This document shows, one piece after another, positions 47,560-59,063 of a stretch of 64,000 nt of DNA. Position 1 is the first letter of the stretch. Every line of letters starts with the position of its first letter. This DNA comes from Flectonema sp. DT1601 (lineage: Eukaryota), in assembly GCA_964019425.1 (NCBI GenBank), contig OZ025784.1, positions 744,001-808,000 on the forward strand, given 5' to 3'. The notes beneath the pieces were generated by a model. It ran no database searches and was not told the origin of the DNA. It saw nothing but the letters and a program-made list of their open reading frames with translations. The translations under genes were made by a program, and so were the position numbers.

Positions 47560-48606
47560 TAAAAGATTAAACAATGTTATCATTGTATTTTTATCGATCG
47601 ACTATGTCGATTACTTTCTATTTTCCGTCCTGGTCAAGACGCTAAACTGATTGTTTTTTTTTTTTTTTCAAAATTAATAAAAAAGAATATAAAAAAAAAA
47701 ATAAAAAAAAGAATAAACAATGTTATCATTGTTTTTTTATCGTTCGACTTTGTCGACTAATTTCTATTCTCCGTTTTTTTCTTAAAAAATAAATAAAAAG
47801 AATTTAAAAAAAAAAAAAAAAAAAAAAGAATAAACAATGTTATCATTGTTTTTTTATCGATCGACTATGTCGATTACTTTCTATTTTCCGTTTTTTTCTT
47901 TAAAAATAAATAAAAAGAATAAAAAAAAAAAAAAAAGGAATAAACAATGTTATCATTGTTTTTATTTTATCGATCGACTATGTCGATTACTTTCTATTTT
48001 CCGTCCTGGTCAAGACGCTAAACTGATTGTTTTTTCTTTAAAAAATAAAAAGAAGGATTTAAAAAAAAGAAGAAAAAAAAAAAAAAGAATAAACAATGTT
48101 ATCATTGTTTTTTTATCGATCGACTATGTCGATCACTTTCTATTTTTCGTCCTGGTCAAGACGCTAAACTGATTGTTTTTTCTTTAAAAATAATAAAAAG
48201 GATTTAAAAAAAAAAAAAAAAAAAAAAAGAATAAACAATGTTATCATTGTTTTTTTATCGATCGACTATGTCGATCACTTTCTATTTTCCGTCCTGGTCA
48301 AGACGCAAAACTGATTGTTTTTTTTTCAAAATTAATAAAAAAGAATACAAAAAAAAATAAAAAAAAAAAGAATAAACAATGTTATCATTGTTTTTTTTTT
48401 TATCGTTCGACGTTGTTGACTAATTTCTATTTTCCGTTTTTTTTTTTTCTTTTTAAAAAATAAATAAAAAGATTTAAAAAAAAAAAAAAAAAGAATAAAC
48501 AATGTTATCATTGTTTTTTTTATCGATCGACTATGTCGATTACTTTCTATTTTCCGTCCTGGTCAAGACGCTAAACTGATTGTTTTTTCTTTAAAAAAAA
48601 AAAAAG

Positions 48607-48643
<37 letters not shown>

Positions 48644-49417
48644 ATAAACAATGTTATCATTGTTTTTTTTTTATCGATCGACTATGTCGATCACTTTCTA
48701 TTTTCCGTCCTGGTCAAGACGCTAAACTGATTGTTTTTTTTTTCAAAATTAATAAAAAAGAATATAAAAAAAAAAATAAAAAAAAAAGAATAAACAATGT
48801 TATCATTGTTTTTTTTTTTATCGTTCGACTTTGTTGACTAATTTCTATTTTCCGTTTTTTTTCTTTTTAAAATAAAAAGAATTTAAAAAAAAAAAAAAAA
48901 AAGAGTAAACAATGTTATCATTGTTTTTTTTATCGATCGACTATGTCGATTACTTTCTATTTTCCGTCCTGGTCAAGACGCTAAACTGATTGTTTTTTTT
49001 TCAAAATTAATAAAAAAGAATATAAAAAAAAACAAAAAAAAAAAGAATAAACAATGTTATCATTGTTTTTTTTTATCGTTCGACTTTGTCGACTAATTTT
49101 TATTTTCCGTTTTTTTTCTTTAAAAATAAATAAAAAGAATTTAAAAAAAAAAAAAAAAAAAGAATAAACAATGTTATCATTGTTTTTTTATCGATCGACT
49201 ATGTCGATCACTTTCTATTTTCCGTCCTGGTCAAGACGCTAAACTGATTGTTTTTTCTTTAAAATAATAAAAAGGATTAAAAAAAAAAAAAAAAAAAAAA
49301 AAGAATAAACAATGTTATCATTGTTTTTTATCGATCGACTATGTCGATCACTTTCTATTTTCCGTCCTGGTCAAGACGCTAAACTGATTGTTTTTTCTTT
49401 AAAAAATAATTAAAAGG

Positions 49418-49448
<31 letters not shown>

Positions 49449-49840
49449 ATAAACAATGTTATCATTGTTTTTTTATCGATCGACTATGTCGATCACTTTC
49501 AATTTTCCGTCCTGGTCAGGACGCTAAACTGATTGTTTTTTCTTTAAAAATAAATAAAAAGAATAAAAAAAAAGAAAAAAAAAAGGAATAAACAATGTTA
49601 TCATTGTTTTTTTTTTATCGATCGACTATGTCGATTACTTTCTATTTTCCGTCCTGGTCAGGACGCTAAACTGATTGTTTTTTCTTTAAAAATAAATAAA
49701 AAGAATAAAAAAAAAAGAAAAAAAAAAGGAATAAACAATGTTATCATTGTTTTTTATCGATCGACTATGTCGATCACTTTCTATTTTCCGTCCTGGTCAA
49801 GACGCTAAACTGATTGTTTTTTCTTTAAAATAATTAAAAG

Positions 49841-49873
<33 letters not shown>

Positions 49874-50126
49874 ATAAACAATGTTATCATTGTCTTTTTT
49901 CTATCGATCGACTATGTGGATCACTTTCAATTTTCCGTCCTGGTCAGGACGCTAAACTGATTGTTTTTTCTTTAAAAATAAATAAAAAGAATAAAAAAAA
50001 AAAAAAAAAAAAGGAATAAACAATGTTATCATTGTTTTTTTTCTATCGATCGACTATGTCGATTAATTTCTATTTTCCGTCCTGATCGAGACGCTAAACT
50101 GATTGTTTCCTTTTTTTAAATAATAA

Positions 50127-50160
<34 letters not shown>
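47560..50160 (+). repeat. ~120-bp palindromic satellite array of copy D
   Basis: Long and short unit types; ends with the variant CCTGATCGAGACGCTAAACTGATTGTTTCC before the cap. Confidence 0.9.
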
Positions 50161-50164
<4 letters not shown>

Positions 50165-50936
50165 ATCTCCCTGCTATCCTCATATCCCCACAATAATATT
50201 ATACCTTTTCATTTTCTCTTTCCTTTTCTGGTCTTTTTTTTTTCTTTTTTTCCTTTTTCATACAACGTTTTTTATTTATATTTTATTTTTTTTTTTTTTT
50301 TCATGTTTGATTATTTCCTCTTCATATTTTTTTTCTATTCTTTCTTTTTTTTTTTTTTTTTTTTTTTCTCTACCTCTCTCTTAATTCTGTTCGTTTCTTT
50401 GAAACGAAAATTCATTTGAATATTATTCCTTGGTCAGCAACCATCATTGTCGCCCTTTGGGCCTGTTAAAAAAAAAAAAAAAATAAAAAGAAAGTTTACG
50501 TCGGGAATAGGGCAGGAGCCAAAAGCTCCCAGTCCGTTACTTCCCACTTATCGAAATTCTTACATTATTATTTTTTTTTTTTTTTTTTAAATTAATAATC
50601 ACATTTTGTTCAAAAATATTTCATATTAGAGTAAAAGAAAAAGAAAAAAAGAATAAGAGAAAAAAAAAAAAAAAAAAAACCATTGCTGGCCCCCTCACCA
50701 CTCATAGAGGATGAGGAGGCCAGTAAGGCGTCACTCAAATCTATGCCAAGCCTTGGGAACTTGGATTGGGGTTTAGACCATTTATAATTAACAATTAACA
50801 ATTAACCTGATTAACGTTATGATCTGACGGACATAAACATATCGATAAAATAATACAAACAAAAACGAACAATAAATAATAAATAAGCTAAAAAAACTAA
50901 ATAAACAAAATGATGTGAAAGTAAGGAAAAAGAGAA

Positions 50937-51872
50937 TTACAAGGGGGTGGAGTCACCGTGAACGTCATCAGCAGAACATCTCCTTCGATTGTAACGATAT
51001 CTTGATGGAGGGGTCCGTTTTTTCAGAGTTGAACGCTCAGACTTTCTCGGCGGAGTTTCATTTTCCTCATGTTCTTCTGTGTCTGGCGGACTCAAACCTT
51101 CTGCCCATGAAGCTAATTGGAACTTCAGGGCCGCAATTTGAGACCGTGCCAAGGCGAGTTGAGCATTTAAATCGCTCGCCAGTCCCGTTAACATCATGGA
51201 TTGCTCAAGCTGCTCTGCGTGAGTTGTACACCGTTGGTGATTCAGCTCCGAGAGGCGAAGTTGGGCATCCAAAAGTTGTTCTGAGAGCTCTGCCGCTTTC
51301 TCGTTTGTTTCGAGAGAGTCATCTACTGCTCGACAGTAATTCTCGAGTAAGTCAATCCTACCCTCGGACCATTGTCTCGCAATAGGTGTATTCTCTTTAA
51401 CGGAGATAACGTGACTCTCTTGTCGTAAAATCTTGGTCGGCGTGCGGTCGAGAGCTTCACTCTGCGGCATTGTCGGAGGAATTGAGGCTAGAGGACAAAG
51501 AGGGGTGATATAATTAAGGGTAGGGATAAGGGGTTTAATAAGAGGAGTAAAAAGACTACTCGTAGTTGTAAAGAGCGAGAGGTAGTTCTTTGCTATCTTC
51601 ATCATAGCAACAGATTCATACAGAACGGGGGTTCGGGGGGAAACTTGTTGACTAAAGTGGGTCATACGGGGACGCGCGGCACGCAAACTCTCGACCTCCT
51701 GTTGAGTATAGAAAAGTCTTATTTTACTTTCTCTTTCCTCATTACATTTGGTCTCCAATTCGTTCGACAGAAGAACAAACCTTTGATGGTAATTAAAGAG
51801 CGCCATTTCCGATAGGTCTGCTCTCTGAGTCAGATTTGCGAGCTCACGTTTCCTGTAATCTTCCACTAAGTC
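50937..51872 (-). pseudogene. C-terminal ORF fragment of copy C
   Basis: Translation essentially identical to the last ~309 aa of the copy D ORF. Confidence 0.9.
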
Positions 51873-51873
51873 T

Positions 51874-52890
51874 GTCTTTAACGTAGAAACGGAACAGAAA
51901 AAACGTGAACTATTGGAAAAAGAGAATCAACACCTGATCGCTGAATGTGATTTAGTGAAAAGTTCTCTTCTCTCATTAGTTCAAAGAACTAACTCTCTGG
52001 AGGAAAAAAGGACGAGCGAGCTGGCGCGACAATCACAAAGAGCGGACCACGCTGAAATGTTTTATTTCAACTTACAACAAAGGTTCATTCTATTAAACAA
52101 TGAATTAGAATCTAAGTGTAGGGACGAAACTGGAACAAAAATTCAACTCTATTTGTCTCAACAAGAGGTCGCAACATTGCGTGCTGGCCCTCAACTGTCC
52201 CATTTTTCCCAACAATTTTCCCCAACACCCCCTTTTTTATTCGAATCAACGTCCACGGTAAAGAATTATCGACTCCCTCTCATCGCAACAACCTATTACT
52301 CCTGGACTCCCAAACCCCGTCTTTCCTTTTTTTTTAAACCTCATTCTCCATTGATCACGTTCCCTTCTGAACTGTCTCAAAGTAGACTACTGGTATCGTC
52401 TTCTGCTCAAACGGAACAAGAAAAAGACAGTGCGGCGACCTCATCGACGGAAGATTCACCTATTGCGAGGCAATGGTCCGAAGGTAGACTCGATTTACTG
52501 GACAACTACTGTCAAGCGGTAAGTGACTCTCTCCAGACAAATGAGAAAGTGGCGCTGCTCTCGGAAAAACTAGTGGAAGAGCAACGTCGATGCTCCGAGT
52601 TGAGCTATCAACAGAAGACTATCCATAAAGAACAACTGGATCATTCCATGTTGTTGATGGAGATGGCCAGTGAGCTCTCTGAGCAACTCTATTTGGCAAA
52701 AGACCAAAACAGAGCTCTCAAATTTCAGTTACAAACATGGGCAAATGGTTTTAACCCACCCGAAAAGGAAGCGCAAGAAGAAAATGAGACCCCAAAGCGT
52801 CCGAGGGAGCGCCTATCACAAAAAAAGCGAACTCCACCCTCAACGAATCCTCATGATCGCAGAAGAATCTTTTTAGATGACGATTGCTAA
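51874..52890 (+). pseudogene. 5'-truncated ORF end of copy E: diverged paralogue of the coiled-coil extension
   Basis: Open frame from the junction; PIARQWSEGRLDLLDNYCQAVSDSLQTNEK vs PIARQWSEGRIDLLENYCRAVDDSLETNEK in copy D. Confidence 0.85.
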
Positions 52891-53370
52891 GTTCTAGTTT
52901 CTATTAGTATTAAATTATTTGTATTATTTTGTCGATATGTTTATGTCTGTCCGATCATAACGTCAATCAGATTAATTGTTAATTGTAATTGGTTTGAGCG
53001 CTTATCAAAAAAAAAAAAAAGCGAACTCCAACCTCAACGAACTTTCATGATCGCAGAAGAATCTTTTTAGATGACGATTGCTAAGTTCTAGTTTCTATTA
53101 GTATTTATTTATTTGTATTATTTTGTCGATATGTTTATGTCCGTCAGATCATAACGTTAATCAGATTAATTGTCAATTGTTAATTGTAAATGGTCTAAAC
53201 CCCAATCCAAGTTCCCAAGGCTTGGCATAGATTTGAGTGACGCCTTACTGGCCTCCTCATCCTCTATGAGTGGTGAGGGGGCCAGCAATGGTTTTTTTTT
53301 TTTTTCTCTTATTTCTTTTTTTCTTTTTCTTTTACTCTAATAGGAAATATTTTTGAACAAAATGTGATTA

Positions 53371-53405
<35 letters not shown>

Positions 53406-54167
53406 AATGAATAATAAAAAAAAAAAAAAAAAAAAAAACATGCCTTGGGAATACAACCAAAGCCCCAATTAATCGGTCCTTTCTTTTTTCCTTCTTGTCA
53501 AGTGATCGCTCCACTCGTCGATCACCAAAACCGATTGTATTTATATCTGTTCTTTTCTCAACGATCGGCTATACCGATCTTTTTTTTAAAAATAATTGTT
53601 TTCTTCTTCTCGACGATCAGATCCAATTGATCGACCTTTTCTTTTTTTTTCCTTTATTCCTTCCATCCCTCCCGCTCCCCTTATTTTAATAAAAACAAGA
53701 TCAGCACAGCTTGATCGTTAAACTTTTTTTATTTATTTATTTTTTTTTTTTTTTTATTTAAACTGATTGTATTTATATCTGGTTATTTTTCTCAACGATC
53801 GGCTATGCCGATCGACCATTAAAATAATTGTCTTCTTCTTCTCGACGACCAGATCCAATTGATCGACCTTTTCTTTTTTTTTCCTTTATTCCTTCCATCC
53901 CTCCCGCTCCCCTTATTTTAATAAAAACAAGATCAGCTCAGCTTGATCGTTATTTATTTATTTATTTATTTTTTTTTTTTTTTTGTTGGTCCTAGTCAAG
54001 ACCTTAAACTGACTAATCGGTCTTAACTTTAACTAAGTGAATGAACCCTTTCCGTTTTCCTTTTCCCTTTATTACTCTCTATCTGGTCTGTTATGTCATA
54101 AATCTCATTTAATTTTATCATTCATTTTAATTTTCACTGTTTCCCATCTACATTTTATTTTCAAATA

Positions 54168-54469
54168 CTGCAACTGGAAATATTACTGCGCTGAATAATT
54201 ACTGCGGGGAAATATTACTGCGCGGAAAAATTAGTGCGGTTTTTTTGAGAAAAGATTAGTGCGGTTTTTTCCACTTGGTGGTAGAAAAAAAATTGGTTGC
54301 TTTTTTGCTGTGTAAGGCACCAGCAGAAAAATGCATCTGGAGAAAAAATCACTTCTGAGCAGAAATATTAGTGCGGTGGAAATATTACTGCGTGGAAAAA
54401 TTAGTGCGGTTTTTTGCAGATTTGGAAATTAGTGCGGTTTTTTCCGCGCAGTAATATTTCCAGTTGCAG
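54168..54469. mobile_element. 302-bp MITE with TA target duplication
   Basis: TIR CTGCAACTGGAAATATTACTGCGC / GCGCAGTAATATTTCCAGTTGCAG; TA on both sides; empty site TTCAAATAGTTACGG at 47101-47115; internal ATTA(C/G)TGCG repeats. Confidence 0.9.
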
Positions 54470-54944
54470 TAGTTCCGGTCTGTCTCTGATGTTAAATAAA
54501 ACTGATCATGTTAACTCAATATTTTTTTTTATTATGTGCAAGAGATACCAACACGCAAGAGATACCAACGCACATACGAGATACCAGCACTTCCGAGATA
54601 CCGACACACAAGAGATACCAAGACACTTAAGATACCAGCAAGGACAGTGAGAGGTAGAATGAACTCTCCTCCTTGTGTCCGATCCTGATTATTTTTTGTT
54701 GAATTGGTAGTGTTACCTCAGTTTGCTACTCTCGTATCTGTGTTGTGTTAACTCATGTAAGTGATCTTAACTCCTGTTAAATAAAAAAAAAATTTCAAAA
54801 AAAAAGAAATTAAAAAAGAAGAATTTTCAAATGAAGTTATATCAACCCCTGCCACCCATTATGATCAATTCCGCTTGTTTTTTTTTTTTTTTTTTTTTTT
54901 TCTTCTTTCTTTTCTTCAAATATAAAAAAAAATTAAAAATATAA

Positions 54945-55463
54945 AAGATGAAACAATGTTATCATTGTTTTTTTTATCGATCGACTATGTCGATTACTTC
55001 CAGTTTTCCGTCCTGGTCAAGACGCTAAACTGATTGTTTTTTTTTTTTTTTTAAAAAATTAATAAAAAGAATATAAAAAAAAAAAAAAAAGAATAAACAA
55101 TGTTATCATTGTTTTTTTTTATCGTTCGACTTTGTCGACTAATTTCTATTTTCCGTTTCTTTTCTTTAAATAATAAATAAAAAGAATTTAAAATAAAAAA
55201 AAAGAATAAACAATGTTATCATTGTTTTTTTATCGATCGACTATGTCGATTACTTTCTATTTTCCGTCCTGGTCAAGACGCTAAACTGATTGTTTTTTTT
55301 TCAAAATTAATAAAAAAGAATATAAAAAAAAAAAAAAAAAAAAAAGAATAAACAATGTTATCATTGTTTTTTTATCGATCGACTATGTCGATCACTTTCT
55401 ATTTTCCGTCCTGGTCAAGACGCTAAACTGATTGTTTTTTTTTTCAAAATTAATAAAAAAGAA

Positions 55464-55494
<31 letters not shown>

Positions 55495-58122
55495 GAATAA
55501 ACAATGTTATCATTGTTTTTTTTATCGTTCGACTTTGTTGACTAATTTCTATTTTCCGTTTTTTTTCTTTAAAAAATAAATAAAAAGAATTTAAAATAAA
55601 AAAAAAGAATAAACAATGTTATCATTGTTTTTTTATCGATCGACTATGTCGATCACTTTCTATTTTCCGTCCTGGTCAAGACGCTAAACTGATTGTTTTT
55701 TTTCAAAATTAATAAAAAAGAATATAAAAAAAAAAAAAAAAAAGAATAAACAATGTTATCATTGTTTTTTTTTTTATCGTTCGACTTTGTCGACTAATTT
55801 CTATTTTCCGTTTCTTTTCTTTAAAGAATAAATAAAAAGAATTTAAAATAAAAAAAAAGAATAAACAATGCTATCATTGTTTTTTTTATCGATCGACTAT
55901 GTCGATCACTTTCTATTTTCCGTCCTGGTCAAGACGCTAAACTGATTGTTTTTTTTTTTCAAAATTAATAAAAAAGAATATAAAAAAATACAAAAAAAAA
56001 GAATAAACAATGTTATCATTGTTTTTTTTTATCGTTCGACTTTGTCGACTAATTTCTATTTTCCGTTTTTTTTCTTTTAAAAATAAATAAAAAGAATTTA
56101 AAATAAAAAAAAAGAATAAACAATGTTATCATTGTTTTTTTATCGATCGACTATGTCGATCACTTTCTATTTTCCGTCCTGGTCAAGACGCTAAACTGAT
56201 TGTTTTTTTTTTTTCAAAATAAAAAAAAAATATTAAAAAAAAAAAAATAAAAAAAAAAAAGAATAAACAATGTTATCATTGTTTTTCTTTATCGTTCGAC
56301 TTTGTTGACTAATTTCTATTTTCCGTTTTTTTTTCTTTAAAAAATAAATAAAAAGAATTTAAAAAAAAAAAAAAAAAAAAAAGAATAAACAATGTTATCA
56401 TTGTTTTTTTTATCGATCGACTATGTCGATTACTTTCTATTTTCCGTCCTGGTCAAGACGCTAAACTGATTGTTTTTTTTTCAAAATTAATAAAAAAGAA
56501 TATAAAAAAATACAAAAAAAAGAATAAACAATGTTATCATTGTTTTCTTTATCGATCGACTATGTCGATTACTTTCTATTTTCCGTCCTGGTCAAGACGC
56601 TAAACTGATTGTTTTTTTTTCAAAATTAATAAAAAAGAATATAAAAAAATACAAAAAAAAGAATAAACAATGTTATCATTGTTTTTTTTATCGATCGACT
56701 ATGTCGATTACTTTCTATTTTCCGTCCTGGTCAAGACGCTAAACTGATTGTTTTTTTTTCAAAATTAATAAAAAAGAATATAAAAAAATACAAAAAAAAG
56801 AATAAACAATGTTATCATTGTTTTTTTTATCGATCGACTATGTCGATTACTTTCTATTTTCCGTCCTGGTCAAGACGCTAAACTGATTGTTTTTTTTTTC
56901 AAAATTAATAAAAAAGAATATAAAAAAATACAAAAAAAAGAATAAACAATGTTATCATTGTTTTTTTTATCGATCGACTATGTCGATTACTTTCTATTTT
57001 CCGTCCTGGTCAAGACGCTAAACTGATTGTTTTTTTTTTCAAAATAAAAAAAAAATATTAAAAAAAAAAAAATAAAAAAAAAGAATAAACAATGTTATCA
57101 TTGTTTTTTTTTATCGTTCGACTTTGTTGACTAATTTCTATTTTCCGTTTTTTTTCTTTAAAAAATAAAAAAAAAGAATTTAAAAAAAAAAAAAAAAAAA
57201 GAATAAACAATGTTATCATTGTTTTTTTTATCGATCGACTATGTCGATTACTTTCTATTTTCCGTCCTGGTCAAGACGCTAAACTGATTGTTTTTTTTTC
57301 AAAATTAATAAAAAAAAAGAATATAAAAAAATACAAAAAAAAGAATAAACAATGTTATCATTGTTTTTTTTTATCGTTCGACTTTGTCGACTAATTTCTA
57401 TTTTCCGTTTTTTTTCTTTAAAAAATTAATAAAAAGAATTTAAAATAAAAAAAAAAAAGAATAAACAATGTTATCATTGTTTTTTTTATCGATCGACTAT
57501 GTCGATTACTTTCTATTTTCCGTCCTGGTCAAGACGCTAAACTGATTGTTTTTTTTTTCAAAATTAATAAAAAAGAATATAAAAAAAATAAAAAAAAAAA
57601 AGAATAAACAATGTTATCATTGTTTTTTTTTATCGTTCGACTTTGTTGACTAATTTCTATTTTCCATTTTTTTTCTTTTTAAAAATAAATAAAAAGAATT
57701 AAAATAAAAAAAAAAAAAAAAGAATAAACAATGTTATCATTGTTTTTTTTATCGATCGACTATGTCGATTACTTTCTATTTTCCGTCCTGGTCAGGACGC
57801 TAAACTGATTGTTTTTTCTTTAAAAATAAATAAAAAGAATAAAAAAAAAAAAAAAAGGAATAAACAATGTTATCATTGTTTTTTTTTTATCGATCGACTA
57901 TGTCGATTACTTACTATTTTCCGTCCTGGTCAAGACGCTAAACTGATTGTTTTTTCTTTAAAATAATTAAAAAGATTTAAAAAAAAAAAAAAAAAAAAAA
58001 AATGAATAAACAATGTTATCATTGTTTTTTTTTCTATCGATCAACTATGTCGATTAATTTCTATTTTCCGTCCTGATCGAGACGCTAAACTGATTGTTTC
58101 CTTTTTTTAAATAATAAATAAG

Positions 58123-58150
<28 letters not shown>
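54945..58150 (+). repeat. ~120-bp palindromic satellite array of copy E
   Basis: Largely alternating long/short units; terminal variant then cap at 58151-58553. Confidence 0.9.
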
Positions 58151-58154
<4 letters not shown>

Positions 58155-58554
58155 ATCTCCCTGCTATCCCTCATATCCCCACAATAATATTATACCTTTT
58201 CATTTTCTCTTTCCTTTTCTGGTCTTTTTTTTTTTCTTTTTTTCCTTTTTCATACAACGTTTTTTATTTATATATATATATTTTTTTTTTTTTTTTTCAT
58301 GTTTGATTATTTCCTCTTCATTTTTTTTTTTCTTTTCTTTTCTTTCTTTTTTTTTTTTTTTCCTCTGCCTCTCTCTTAATTCTGTTCGTTTCTTTGAAAC
58401 GAAAATTCATTTGAATATTATTCCTTGGTCAGCAACCATCATTGTCGCCCTTTGGGCCTGTTAAAAAAAAATAAAATAAAAAGAAAGTTTACATCGGGAA
58501 TAGGGCAGGAGCCAAAAGCTCCCAGTCCGTTACTTCCCACTTTATCGAAATTCC

Positions 58555-59063
58555 CATATTGTCGAGCTAGTGCAGAAAGAGAAGTCTTCGATTCATCGCG
58601 TTCTGCTGTTAACCGTTGAATTACTCCTTCCAGAAGTTCATATTCTTTTCTATCTTTTTCAATAATTAAAACAGGGGGCGCAGGAGGAAGTGAGGATGGA
58701 TCCTGGTTGGTAGCTTTGATCTCAACAGGTAATCCATTTAGAAACTGCTTGTCTTTCTCGAGGGAGGCTGACATCGCATTAAAGTAAAATAAAAATAGAA
58801 CATAAAAAATTCGTTCTTTCATTTGCTCTAATTCGTTTTCTAAAATCTGGCATTTCAAGGAAAGTTTCAGCCTTAATTTTCCTTCTTTTTTTTTGTACAA
58901 GGGGGTTTGAGAACCCATGTCAGATTGAGTTCTTATCACTATAGCGAAATCAGCAGGAAGTGTTTGCGATCCCGTTGACATGAGTTCAGGTGGGGGAGTC
59001 TGGAAAGAGATGGAAGAAATAGAAGAGAATGACAAGGAGAGTCCAGTGAGCTCATCCTCATCT
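58555..59063 (-). pseudogene. 5'-most ORF fragment of copy C
   Basis: Translation DEDELTGLSL...KTSLSALARQY matches copy D 44333-44842. Confidence 0.9.

Larger units (their letters stand above)
41680..50559 (+). mobile_element. Retrotransposon copy D: RLE-clade non-LTR element, 5'-truncated just before the RT domain, complete 3' tail
   Basis: ORF to 45777, 3' UTR, 212-bp repeats, unique spacer, satellite, cap ending TATCGAAATTC at 50559. The flanks TATTATTCA|TTACATT rejoin copy C. Confidence 0.9.
51873..58554 (+). mobile_element. Retrotransposon copy E (diverged subfamily), 5'-truncated, complete 3' tail
   Basis: Paralogous ORF end, same UTR/212-bp/satellite/cap order. The flanks CACTAAGTC|CATATTGTCG rejoin the copy C ORF (equivalent to position 44842). 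Confidence 0.85.
33391..59063 (-). mobile_element. Retrotransposon copy C (5'-truncated inside the ORF), host to copies D, E and a TIR element
   Basis: Pieces 33391-36515, 39492-41679, 50560-51872 and 58555-59063 join into a reverse complement of copy D from ~44333 to its 3' end. The flanks rejoin the 1396-bp unit: GAACAAAAGG|(G)|ATAGGAGAAGG. Confidence 0.85.

Noticed and set aside
33391..50559. Single giant TIR/foldback element with the RT between inverted arms
   Set aside because: The flanks of D rejoin into a continuous antisense copy C that continues past 50559, so nested insertion explains the symmetry.
45329..51385. 156-aa ORFs at 45329-45799 and 50915-51385
   Set aside because: Antisense shadows of the retrotransposon ORF end.
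33391..59063. Assembly artefact as the cause of the inverted duplications
   Set aside because: Copies differ by SNPs and private insertions, and junctions rejoin hosts to about 1 bp. Homopolymer lengths may still contain sequencing error, and read support was not checkable.
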